64,000 nt of DNA. Origin: an uncultured Pirellulales bacterium (GTDB lineage Bacteria > Planctomycetota > Phycisphaerae > Sedimentisphaerales > Anaerobacaceae). Under the pieces are notes generated by a model. The model was not told the origin of the DNA. It ran no database searches and saw only the letters and a list, made by a program, of their open reading frames with translations. Below, in pieces: positions 26,165 through 34,837 of the stretch (within the stretch, counting starts at the first letter, position 1; each line of letters starts with the position of its first letter). Location: positions 1,559 to 65,558 of the forward strand of contig CAYGZM010000004.1 of assembly GCA_964354365.1 (NCBI GenBank). Direction: 5' to 3'. The position numbers were made by a program, and so were the translations under genes.

Positions 26165-27166
26165 CTATAAAACCGGTTCCACCGTTCCGTCTTCATTGAC
26201 CCTCGCCAGGATTATTCGCTGCGAATCGACGTTCCGCACCCTCACGTATTCCCCGGCGCCGCCTTCTTCCACTGTCTGTCCCATCGCAGTAACAACAAGT
26301 CCCCCTGCCGCAATACGAATAATAACCTTCTGATTGCGCTTGACCACGATCGCCGGCTCGACCGGACCTATCATATTGGAGCTCAGCACGGTATTCGCCG
26401 GCAGCCTGCGCCTGGCAACGAGGCCGTAAGGTGTGCCCCAATCGGCAGGCTCGGGATAGTTCGATACCGTCTTTTCCACCTTCACATTCTCCGGGCTGAT
26501 AACCGCACCGGCCGGTATCTCAACCAGAGTCGCCACCTTGTGGCAGTTGAACTTCAGGCGAAAGCCTATCTCCCGGCTTGCAATCTCTTTGCCTCCCGAA
26601 ATCACCGCAATTTGAACTTTTGCCTGGTTTAGAGCGCTGCCGCGAAGCAGGCGAGGAGAGAGTTTTACGTCCTGGCGTGATCCCTCAAGAACCAGGTTGC
26701 CCGGCCCACGCATCAGCTCGGATTCGCAAATCGACCTTGCCGGCGGGTTCCTCTCCAGAAACAACCGAGCCAAACCCACAAATTCATCCGCACCGATCGT
26801 CTGGCCTTGTTGACGCACCTTTATCTCTTCGGCGCCGGTCAGTTTGACTCTCGACGCGGGGATCCCGTTACTGGCCAGCCTGCTCAAAACGGTCAGCCTG
26901 TCAATCGTGACCTGCTGGCCCGGCACCGCAATACGCCCCATCGCAATCTTGCCGGCTCTGGCAACGAGAGATGCCTCGCCGTGAATTATGCCGATCTGCC
27001 CAAGACTCGGAACATTACTATCGACTGCAATTTCTCTCGGCAGGTGAATTCGTAGTGAGTCGTCGTGCGATTCACCCTCGCTGGGGGCCCGAGGGGCCTC
27101 GGCGCTGCCGCACGGCGAAACCACAAGACACACAATTGCCATAATACCGATCGTTCTGCTCATCAT
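26165..27166 (-). CDS. flgA: Flagellar P-ring assembly chaperone FlgA
   Basis: The start was moved to the internal ATG at 27166 (MMSRTIGIMAIVCLVVSPCGSA signal peptide). The longer ORF (27256) would overlap the flgG 3' end. The C-terminal SAF/FlgA motif is VKRNQKVIIRIAAGGLVVTAMGQTVEEGGAGEYVRVRN. Confidence 0.85.
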   Translation of the reverse strand: MMSRTIGIMAIVCLVVSPCGSAEAPRAPSEGESHDDSLRIHLPREIAVDSNVPSLGQIGIIHGEASLVARAGKIAMGRIAVPGQQVTIDRLTVLSRLASNGIPASRVKLTGAEEIKVRQQGQTIGADEFVGLARLFLERNPPARSICESELMRGPGNLVLEGSRQDVKLSPRLLRGSALNQAKVQIAVISGGKEIASREIGFRLKFNCHKVATLVEIPAGAVISPENVKVEKTVSNYPEPADWGTPYGLVARRRLPANTVLSSNMIGPVEPAIVVKRNQKVIIRIAAGGLVVTAMGQTVEEGGAGEYVRVRNVDSQRIILARVNEDGTVEPVL

Positions 27167-27176
27167 TGCCCCGCTA

Positions 27177-27965
27177 TTAGAATCTTGCAATCTGAATTGC
27201 CTGTCGAAGCATCTCATCGGCGGCCAGTATTGCGCGTGAGTTCGTCTCATACGCACGCTGGGCCGTTATCAAATTCACAAGCTCGGTTATCATTTGCACA
27301 TTGGACTTCTCCAGAAACCCCGCCTGAATCTGTCCAAATCCATTCTCTCCCGCCGTACCGGTCAGCGGCGAACCGCTGGCCTCGGTCTGAGCCAAAAGAT
27401 TATCCCCCTCGCTCGATAAGCCCGACGGGTTTGGAAACCGAGCCAGCTGTATATTGCCCACAACCGACTGACTTCCCGAAGATGTCGTGATATTCACGCC
27501 TCCGTCCGTCCCGATATTGACGGCTATCGCGTCTGTCGGGATGGTAATGGCGGGCTCTAAGTAGTAGCCGGAAGCCGTTACCAGCTCACCGTTGGGGCCT
27601 TGCTGCAATGCCCCGTCCCGGGTGTACCTTGTCGAGCCGTCCGGCATACTCACCTGCAGAAAGCCGTCACCGGTAATGGCTATGTCCAAGTTTCTGCCCG
27701 TGGTCATAAGCTCGCCCAGAGTGAACACTTTCACCGTCGATGCCGCCCTAACTCCGCTGCCCACGTCCAGGCCGCTTGGAGACTTCATACCCGACGACAC
27801 CTCCGTGCCCGGCTCCCTGATCTTCACGTACAGCAGATCCTGAAAGTCAATCTGGCTCCGCTTGAAACCGTTCGTGTTGATATTTGCAAGGTTGTTGGCG
27901 GTCACATTAACCATCATCTCCTGGGCGCTCATACCCGTCGCCGCCGTCGAAAACGCTCTCAACAT
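27177..27965 (-). CDS. flgG: Flagellar distal rod protein FlgG
   Basis: MLRAFSTAATGMSAQEMMVNVTANNLANINTNGFKRS at the N-terminus. C-terminus GFLEKSNVQMITELVNLITAQRAYETNSRAI. 262 aa. Confidence 0.93.
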   Translation of the reverse strand: MLRAFSTAATGMSAQEMMVNVTANNLANINTNGFKRSQIDFQDLLYVKIREPGTEVSSGMKSPSGLDVGSGVRAASTVKVFTLGELMTTGRNLDIAITGDGFLQVSMPDGSTRYTRDGALQQGPNGELVTASGYYLEPAITIPTDAIAVNIGTDGGVNITTSSGSQSVVGNIQLARFPNPSGLSSEGDNLLAQTEASGSPLTGTAGENGFGQIQAGFLEKSNVQMITELVNLITAQRAYETNSRAILAADEMLRQAIQIARF

Positions 27966-28013
27966 CTTGTTCTTCTCCTTAATTTACCCGCTGCAAAATG
28001 CGATCCGGATAAA

Positions 28014-28745
28014 TCAGCTCATAGCCACATCAATAATGCTTCTGGAAGTGTCTCTCTGCGCCGAGAAAAACTGCATATTCGCCTCGTAGAGCCTCGACAC
28101 CATCATCATATCCACCAGCTCCTCAACTAAATGAACGTTCGATGATTCCTGATACCCCTGCTTGACAACTACATTTGCCGCAGCTTCCGGCTTCACATCC
28201 GCCGGCGCCCCAAAACAGCTCGCCCCCGCCATAAAAAGCTCCTTCTCGTTCCCCTTGAAATCCGCCAGCCTGAATTTGCCTATCTCCGCCCCCGCCACGC
28301 TTATCCTTCCCTCACTTGAAACGCTGACCTGCGAAAGCGCGACATTCGGAGGAATCGTTATCGGCCCCGATTCGCCCGCTACAAGCCTTCCCTCCGCATC
28401 CACAATCTGACCGTTCTGATTCAGGCGAAACATCCCGTTGCGCGTATAGAGCTGGCCTTCCGGCGTCTCTATCACAAAAAAGCCCTTCCCCGCCAGTGCA
28501 AAGTCCAGCGGACGACCGCTTTCCACAAAGCCGCCCTGTGTAAAATCATGCACCGACTCCAGCTCCGCTCCATCGCCCGCCTCCGCCTGCGTGCCCGCAT
28601 CCTGAGCCATCAGCGACTTTGAAAACGTGTTGCAGCGGCGCTTAAAGCCAACGGTGCTCACGTTCGCCATATTGTGCGCAATGACGTCGAATTCCTGCCT
28701 TAGACCGCTGATGGATGAACTTACCTGTGACACAATATCCGACAT
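28014..28745 (-). CDS. flgF: Flagellar proximal rod protein FlgF
   Basis: The start was moved to the ATG at 28745 (MSDIVSQVSSSISGLRQEFDVIAHNMANVSTVGFKRR), 1 nt after the stop of the PilZ gene. C-terminus GYQESSNVHLVEELVDMMMVSRLYEANMQF. Confidence 0.85.
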   Translation of the reverse strand: MSDIVSQVSSSISGLRQEFDVIAHNMANVSTVGFKRRCNTFSKSLMAQDAGTQAEAGDGAELESVHDFTQGGFVESGRPLDFALAGKGFFVIETPEGQLYTRNGMFRLNQNGQIVDAEGRLVAGESGPITIPPNVALSQVSVSSEGRISVAGAEIGKFRLADFKGNEKELFMAGASCFGAPADVKPEAAANVVVKQGYQESSNVHLVEELVDMMMVSRLYEANMQFFSAQRDTSRSIIDVAMS

Positions 28746-28746
28746 T

Positions 28747-30096
28747 TCATACTCCCCGGGCAACCGAAGCCTCCACAACGGCCTCTTGCTCGCCAACCGA
28801 AGCACGCGCCTCCCCGCCAGGCCGCTCGGCCCCTTGTTGGGGGGACGCAGGGGCTTTGGCTCTGGCGCTTGCTCGCAGCGATGCCGCATTCGTCGCGCAA
28901 ATCAAATCATCCACGTCCGAGTCCTTCAAGCTCGTCAATTCAACCGCTATTGAAAAACCGTTTTCCACGGCCCTGATGTGCCTGACCTCGCCGACGTCTT
29001 CTACTATCTTCACTGTTGATGCCTTGCCGCCGGCCTCGCCTCGCATCAAATCGGCGTCCTCCTCATCCAAGCTGAATGCCACAAGCACTCTCTCGCCCAC
29101 ATCTACTGCCAGGGCGGACTCGATTCGCAACCCGGGACCAGCCAGCTCCGTCACCACCCCCGCCACAAATTCAGGCGGACCCCACTTATCGGAAGACATT
29201 ACCGGTATCGCTTGGCCTGTTCTCCCATCATCCGGCCCCGCGCCGCCGGTCTGGGCGAATATCCTCGCAAATGGGAAATACGCAACGAAACAACGCAGCC
29301 GCGTCGCAACACGTAGAAAACGTCTGCGATTGACAAACCGCAAATTATCGCTGTGATTCAAAACCAGAGTGTCGCCGTCGTAGCTGATCACCGTAGTATC
29401 AAATTCCCAAACCGATGCCCCCGAATAGTACCGCACACACCACGTCTCGCCAAAAATAACCTTTACCGGCGTCGTCAGCGTGACGGCAAGCTCCGCATCG
29501 CTGTTTCTCTTGACGGTTGCCTCAATGTCCGTTGAAGCACGAGCCTTTCGTCTGGTGACATAGAGTTTCTTGCCCGCCGGAATCTGCCTGCTGCTCAACA
29601 CCTTCGGTCCGCCCGCCGATTCTCCCATAGCAGATGGTTGTTTGCCGAAACCAAGCTTCTCACGCAGAAATGAAATCTCCGTCTTCAACAACTCGCTGTC
29701 GCCATCCGTCCGCTCGCCGCCTATGCCCTCCTCGAGCACCCTGGCCGCGCCAATCCCAAAAGCCGAGCCCATCGTAAAAATCGACTCCGGCCGCTTCAGC
29801 CCCGCTTTATTCGCCGCTATCGCCAGAAGCTGGCACTCACGATTGCTCAAACCTCGCTGCCTGGCATATTCAATAAACGATCTGCCCGTGCCCTTTCGCT
29901 CCTGCCTCGCCCGATTCAAGCTCACCCACAAAAACAGCCCCACCAGCAGAATCAACGCCGCAATGCACACAAAAATCATCCAGCGCTCCGGTGTGAAATT
30001 GCTGGTGAGCTTGCGGGCGGCGGACAAACGCTCCAATGGCGTCAGCGCTACAAAGACCCCATCGAGAACGAAACTAATTGCAGGCAACATCGTCAT
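28747..30096 (-). CDS. Membrane-anchored PilZ-domain protein (YcgR-like candidate flagellar brake / c-di-GMP receptor)
   Basis: TM helix MIFVCIAALILLVGLFLWVSL. The central beta-rich region resembles PilZN. The PilZ motifs are RRRFLR (RxxxR) followed by a degenerate D/NxSxxG-like TELAGPGLRI. Embedded between flgE and flgF with gaps of 5 nt and 1 nt. Confidence 0.65.
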   Translation of the reverse strand: MTMLPAISFVLDGVFVALTPLERLSAARKLTSNFTPERWMIFVCIAALILLVGLFLWVSLNRARQERKGTGRSFIEYARQRGLSNRECQLLAIAANKAGLKRPESIFTMGSAFGIGAARVLEEGIGGERTDGDSELLKTEISFLREKLGFGKQPSAMGESAGGPKVLSSRQIPAGKKLYVTRRKARASTDIEATVKRNSDAELAVTLTTPVKVIFGETWCVRYYSGASVWEFDTTVISYDGDTLVLNHSDNLRFVNRRRFLRVATRLRCFVAYFPFARIFAQTGGAGPDDGRTGQAIPVMSSDKWGPPEFVAGVVTELAGPGLRIESALAVDVGERVLVAFSLDEEDADLMRGEAGGKASTVKIVEDVGEVRHIRAVENGFSIAVELTSLKDSDVDDLICATNAASLRASARAKAPASPQQGAERPGGEARASVGEQEAVVEASVARGV

Positions 30097-30101
30097 TGCT
30101 C

Positions 30102-31799
30102 CTACCTGATAAGCCCGCTCAATTCTCTGAGTATGTCGTTCGCAACTAGTATTGTCCTCGCATTCGCCTGGAAGCCGTTCTGGGCCTGAATCATATTGAC
30201 GAACTCGCTCGCCACATCCGCGTTCGATTTCTCCAGCGCCCCGCCGTGAACGGAACCCGCACCGCCGGTCATTGCCTGTGTCGCCACCGCCTCACCGGAG
30301 TTGGCCGAAGGACTAAGGTAGCCGTTCCCGATACTTTCCAGACCGGAGGTATTCTGGAATAACCCTATCTGAATTGTCGCGATATTCTTCTTGATGCCGT
30401 TGGAGAACGCGCCGATGACTATTCCCTCGTTATTCACCGAGACCGTTGAAAGTCTCCCTGCCTCGTAGCCGTCCTGCTCCCTCGCCACCGCCGTCGAGTT
30501 CCCGGCGAACTGGGTCAAGCCGTTAAGCTGCCCCGCCGTGCCCAGGGACATCGCAATGGTTTGAGGATTCGCGGTGTCGTGTGCAAAGGTCGCGACAAAT
30601 TGCGCCGTATCGCCAATGGTGGAATTCAAACCTGCGTAGGTGCCCGTGCTTGCATCGAACTCTATGCCCCGTATCCGCCGGTTGTCGGGCGTGATGGCGC
30701 TGACATCGCCGGTAATCGAGGTGAGCACCATATCCCACGTATTGGCCGTGTCGGTCCTGACAAACGCCCCCGAAAGCACGTGCTTGCCTCCCTGCGTATC
30801 GAAAACGGTGATGTTGACGTTCTTGACCTCCTCGCCGCCCACGCTCGCAAGCTCAAAATAGGTCGGCAGCGTCAACGAGTCCGTCCCGTCGCTCGAAGCC
30901 GTATAAGAAAGCGCCACGTCCGACCTGCTGTAGCCCGGGCTGCTGTCGGTCACCACTATTCTCCCGTTGGTCATACTCGCCGTCACGTTGCCTGAGCCTA
31001 ACTGGCTCTCAATATAGCTCAGCACATCGGCCAGGGATGTCGTCGCGCCGACATCCAGACCGGTGCTGTCCGTCACCGCCGTCCCGTCGGGTTGATAACC
31101 GGTAACATACAGCTTGCCGTCCGTATCCGTTGTGCCGAATGAGCCGCTGAATTGATCCAGAGCACCGACCAGCGTGCTCGCAGTCGCCCCCGTGCCGCCG
31201 CCCGTGGTGAAAGTCGTGTTCGATGACAGCTTTTGCGTCTGCGCCGTGGCAAATGTCGCATCGGAGCTCAAGTTGCCCGCCAGCACTACCTCAGACGTGG
31301 CATTTGCCGCCATCGCCACATCGTAGGGAAGCTTCAGATTGCTGTCGCCAGCGGTCTGAAAACCGTCGCTTATCCCGACCGAGCCGATACGCTGAACAAG
31401 AAAACCCGTTGCAGGATCGACAAGATTCGAGTCCGCATCAACGGCGAATGCCCCGGCGCGAGTGTAAACGTCTTTCGAGCCGTCGCTCAGCACAAAATAC
31501 CCTTCCCCTTCCATCGCCAGGTCGAGCGGGTTGCCCGTGTTCACAATGTTACCCTGCTGCATATTGGGCGATATGCCGGCAATCCCGACGCCGCTGCCCA
31601 TCTGCTGCGGATTCGTGCCGCCGACCGTACCGGTGGGCTGCGAAGCCTTCTTTATCGTCTGACTCAGCAGCTCCGAAAAAGTTATTCGGCTGGACTTAAA
31701 ACCGGTCGTGGTAATATTCGCAAGGTTGTTGCCCGCTACATCCAGCATTTTCTGATGGGCCTGAAGCCCCGTAACGCCCGCTGATAGTGCAAAACTCAT
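30102..31799 (-). CDS. flgE: Flagellar hook protein FlgE
   Basis: MSFALSAGVTGLQAHQKMLDVAGNNLANITTTGFKSSR. C-terminus GALEKSNADVASEFVNMIQAQNGFQANARTI. 565 aa with a Thr/Ser/Gly-rich variable core. Confidence 0.93.
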   Translation of the reverse strand: MSFALSAGVTGLQAHQKMLDVAGNNLANITTTGFKSSRITFSELLSQTIKKASQPTGTVGGTNPQQMGSGVGIAGISPNMQQGNIVNTGNPLDLAMEGEGYFVLSDGSKDVYTRAGAFAVDADSNLVDPATGFLVQRIGSVGISDGFQTAGDSNLKLPYDVAMAANATSEVVLAGNLSSDATFATAQTQKLSSNTTFTTGGGTGATASTLVGALDQFSGSFGTTDTDGKLYVTGYQPDGTAVTDSTGLDVGATTSLADVLSYIESQLGSGNVTASMTNGRIVVTDSSPGYSRSDVALSYTASSDGTDSLTLPTYFELASVGGEEVKNVNITVFDTQGGKHVLSGAFVRTDTANTWDMVLTSITGDVSAITPDNRRIRGIEFDASTGTYAGLNSTIGDTAQFVATFAHDTANPQTIAMSLGTAGQLNGLTQFAGNSTAVAREQDGYEAGRLSTVSVNNEGIVIGAFSNGIKKNIATIQIGLFQNTSGLESIGNGYLSPSANSGEAVATQAMTGGAGSVHGGALEKSNADVASEFVNMIQAQNGFQANARTILVANDILRELSGLIR

Positions 31800-31841
31800 T
31801 TCTGTCTCTCCTTATCTTGACACTCAACTAATATCTATATC

Positions 31842-32225
31842 TCAGTTCTTCACCGATACGATGTCTTCCAGCCCGATAGTCTGGCCGTCCGCCACCAATA
31901 CAATCTTCCCATCAACGTTGTTGAAAACCTGCTCCACCACGCCGTTCGTAAGCTCTCCCGACTCCGCCCCATCCCCTCCCACAAATGAAACCTCTTTCCC
32001 TATCAACGAGGCCGCGTAGGTCCGCTGAATGCCCGCAAGCACGTCCGAAAAACTCGTGTTCATCGACTCGAGTTGTTCAAGCTGCGAAAATTGCGCCAAT
32101 TGAGAAGCCATCTCGCTATTATCCAACGGCTCAAGAGGATTCTGATTCTGCAGTTGGGTGATCAGAAGCTTCATATAATCCATCTGAATGTCGCTTGCCG
32201 TGTTTATCCCTGATACAGTGCTCAT
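31842..32225 (-). CDS. flgD: Flagellar hook capping/assembly protein FlgD (short form, 127 aa)
   Basis: DYMKLLITQLQNQNPLEPLDNSEMASQLAQFSQLEQLESMN is the FlgD N-domain signature. The C-terminus is short and beta-rich. Confidence 0.9.
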   Translation of the reverse strand: MSTVSGINTASDIQMDYMKLLITQLQNQNPLEPLDNSEMASQLAQFSQLEQLESMNTSFSDVLAGIQRTYAASLIGKEVSFVGGDGAESGELTNGVVEQVFNNVDGKIVLVADGQTIGLEDIVSVKN

Positions 32226-32313
32226 AATTTACCCGCCCGTAAAAACCAATAAACAGTCAACCTATTCACGTGCAAATCGCACACGCTGGCACACCCGGCT
32301 CACTATCCCGTTA

Positions 32314-32328
32314 GCAATCAGCGTGCCA
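32314..32328 (-). promoter_or_regulatory. Sigma-54 (-24/-12) promoter for the flgD-flgE... operon
   Basis: The minus strand reads TGGCAC-GCTGA-TTGCT, a perfect match to TGGCAC-N5-TTGCW. The -12 element lies about 90 nt upstream of the flgD ATG. Two sigma-54 activators are encoded nearby. Confidence 0.75.
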
Positions 32329-32508
32329 CAACAGAGAACCTCGTATGCCACGTGACATCTAACACGTTGCACCAATAGGACTTATCTGTGCCTGAGAAAT
32401 TTGCCGCGCCCGAAAACTCGACAACCCCTCGCGAGCACCGGACAATCCCCCTGGACAATACTTCCGCCGATGCGGAAAATCCTGCCGCCTCCGCCTTCGC
32501 ATGTCCTC

Positions 32509-32610
32509 GTGGCACGGCCATTCGTGGCACGGCCATTCCCTCGACTTCGCTCGGGACAGGCGTGGCCGCGGTCTCACGGGCTTCAAGCCCGTGCCACTTG
32601 AAGCCCGTGC
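32509..32610. repeat. Family A repeat copy (closest relative of the copy inside the regulator gene at 38998-39072)
   Basis: GTGGCACGGCCATTCGTGGCACGGCCATTCCCTCGACTTCGCTCGGGACAGGCGTGGCCGCGGTCTCACGGGCTTCAAGCCCGTGCCACTTGAAGCCCGTGC. Positions 32524-32598 match 38998-39072 at 72 of 75 positions by my manual alignment. Confidence 0.85.
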
Positions 32611-32701
32611 TGCGCCGGATATGCGCTCGGTATCACTGTCGCCGCCATCCGCAACCAATCAAGTGACATCAACAAGCCTTCCCTTGTCTCAACTACTTCC
32701 C

Positions 32702-32810
32702 GTTGCGGAAACAACATTTTTGTCATTGCTGCGAAAGCAGGAATCCAGCTTTTGGAACATAGACTCCTGCTTTCGCAGCGGCAACATTGCCGGTTTCAGC
32801 TTTCCGCAAC
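32702..32810. mobile_element. MITE-like element: 10-bp inverted termini around a family C hairpin core
   Basis: GTTGCGGAAA (32702-32711) and TTTCCGCAAC (32801-32810) are inverted. They flank GTCATTGCTGCGAAAGCAGGAATCC ... CTCCTGCTTTCGCAGCGGC. Confidence 0.65.
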
Positions 32811-33183
32811 TAACCAGGCGTCGCGATGCAGTCCCATAAGAAGCAGCACCGCCTCTCTGGCAGGTCGGACAATATCGGCAAGTCCCATAACACAAACCGT
32901 TCGCAGATTGAGTGACATTGAGAAGTCCCATAAGATGCAACGCGGCCTTGTTGCAAACCGGCTCGCACCAATCAGCCTCCGCAATTCGCCGAATTCCGCC
33001 CGGTAAACCCCAACCGCAGCGCCGACGCACATCCAAACGCCCAAGACGGTGACATTATTGGCCCGTCCAATAAAAAAATTTAAGTCGTCTCAACTGCCCG
33101 GACGATTAACCGGACATTATTCCTTGTGCGAACGCACAATTAACAAAGAGCCAGCAGGGGCTGGATGTTATGGTTGGGGCCGA

Positions 33184-34650
33184 ATGAGTTTACGCAGAAC
33201 CGTTGCACTGAGCAGGCAAGCCGAAATTCACGAATTGGCTCGCCAGGTTAGCGGGGAGGTATTTACCGCTGACACTATCGCCGAAGCCTCCGACGTCATC
33301 GAGGCCCGCAGTCCCGACCTGATCCTTCTTGACCGGCAATTCAGTCCTCATATCGACCGATTTCTTCTTGCCGCCGATAAAATCTCCGATGCCCCCGTTG
33401 TGGTAATCGGCAGCGACGACGAAGACGCCGACACATTCGCCTCGCTCGAAAAGATGGGCGCTTATGACTATCTGCGAGGGAAAAACGACCTAAGCCGCCT
33501 CAAAGAAATTGCAGACCGAATAGAACAACAGTCAAACGTCCGCGCAAGCGGCCCTTGTGGCAATGCCTCACAGAAGACTGCCGACCGTTTCTTTGCCGAG
33601 GACTTCGCCGCAGAAGTCTCCCTGGTCGGCCATAGCGACGCAATCAAACACACGCTCAAAATGACTAAGCTCGTCGCGGCCAGCCGATGCAATCCCGTCC
33701 TGATAGTCGGAGAAACCGGCACAGGTAAGGAACTCGCCGCCAAAGCAATACACCTTCTAAGACACCCCCCGGGGCCAGGCCCGAAAGAACCCTTTGTCGC
33801 TGTAAACTGCGCCGCCCTGACCGCAAATCTCCTCGAAAGCGAACTCTTTGGCCACGTCAGAGGCGCCTTCACCGGAGCCGACCGTGACAAAACGGGCCTG
33901 CTCGAGCTGGCCGCCAACGGTACCCTCTTCCTCGATGAAATAAGCGAGATACCCATCGACCTGCAGGCCAAACTGCTCCGCGTCCTTCAGGAACAAACCT
34001 TCCGTAAAGTCGGAGGCATCAAAGACATTCAATCCAATGCCACGATAATTGCATCGAGCAATCGCAACCTCAAAAAAGAAATCGACGCCAACCGCTTTCG
34101 CCAGGACCTTTACTATCGCCTCAACATCAGTCCAATCACCATCGCTCCCCTCGGATCGCCCCGCCGAAAACAGGACATCCCCCTTCTCGCTGCATATTTT
34201 CTAAAGACGTCCGCCATTTGTCCTGAAAAGTCCGGCAAGATTACGTCCTTGACCAAACTGGCTCTGGAGGCGCTTGAGAAATACCACTGGCCCGGAAACG
34301 TCCGCGAGCTTCGCAATGTCATTGAAAGAGCCATTCTTTACGAAACAACCGACAAAATCGGCGTTAACAGTATAGTTATCGACCCTACCGAACCATGTGA
34401 ATTCTCCGACGGTTCATCCGCCGGCGGAATCAGGAACTACTCCCTCGCAAAGGCCGAACGCGAGCTTATCTCCCGCGCACTCCAGGAAACAGGCTGGCAG
34501 AAAACCAGGGCCGCAGCCCTGCTCGGCATTACCAGAGCCACTCTCTATGCCAAGGTCAAGCAGTACAATATCGTCGAAAAAACGCCGCACGCCCCGGAAC
34601 ATCCCGCCCCGCAAGCCTCCTCGTCTGAGGCTGTCGCCGCCGCATACTGA
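33184..34650 (+). CDS. Sigma-54-dependent transcriptional activator with degenerate receiver-like N-domain (FleQ/FlrA-like)
   Basis: AAA+ Walker A VLIVGETGTGKELAAKAIH. GAFTGA motif (GHVRGAFTGAD). WPGNVRELRN. C-terminal Fis-type HTH (TRAAALLGITRATLYAKVKQY). The N-domain lacks the acidic DD pocket (VALSRQAE). The ORF is open from 33049; I prefer the ATG at 33184 at low confidence. Confidence 0.85.
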   Translation: MSLRRTVALSRQAEIHELARQVSGEVFTADTIAEASDVIEARSPDLILLDRQFSPHIDRFLLAADKISDAPVVVIGSDDEDADTFASLEKMGAYDYLRGKNDLSRLKEIADRIEQQSNVRASGPCGNASQKTADRFFAEDFAAEVSLVGHSDAIKHTLKMTKLVAASRCNPVLIVGETGTGKELAAKAIHLLRHPPGPGPKEPFVAVNCAALTANLLESELFGHVRGAFTGADRDKTGLLELAANGTLFLDEISEIPIDLQAKLLRVLQEQTFRKVGGIKDIQSNATIIASSNRNLKKEIDANRFRQDLYYRLNISPITIAPLGSPRRKQDIPLLAAYFLKTSAICPEKSGKITSLTKLALEALEKYHWPGNVRELRNVIERAILYETTDKIGVNSIVIDPTEPCEFSDGSSAGGIRNYSLAKAERELISRALQETGWQKTRAAALLGITRATLYAKVKQYNIVEKTPHAPEHPAPQASSSEAVAAAY

Positions 34651-34653
34651 CCC

Positions 34654-34695
34654 CATCGAGCGTCGAGCATCAAGCATCGAGTATCAAGCATCGAG
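34654..34695. repeat. Tandem heptanucleotide array (CATCRAG x6)
   Basis: CATCGAG CGTCGAG CATCAAG CATCGAG TATCAAG CATCGAG begins 4 nt after the activator stop codon. It sits about 145-185 nt upstream of the sigma-54 promoter at 34838. Confidence 0.85.
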
Positions 34696-34837
34696 CATTG
34701 TCCTGTCAGAAATTCTCCCGCACCGTCTAAAATTCTGACATCTCTTTACGGAATCAAGGACCCGTTCAAAGTGCAAAAACGCCCTTTTTCGGCCCTGAGC
34801 CGGCAAATCCGCGTTACCCGGCACGCTTGCCCCAGTC

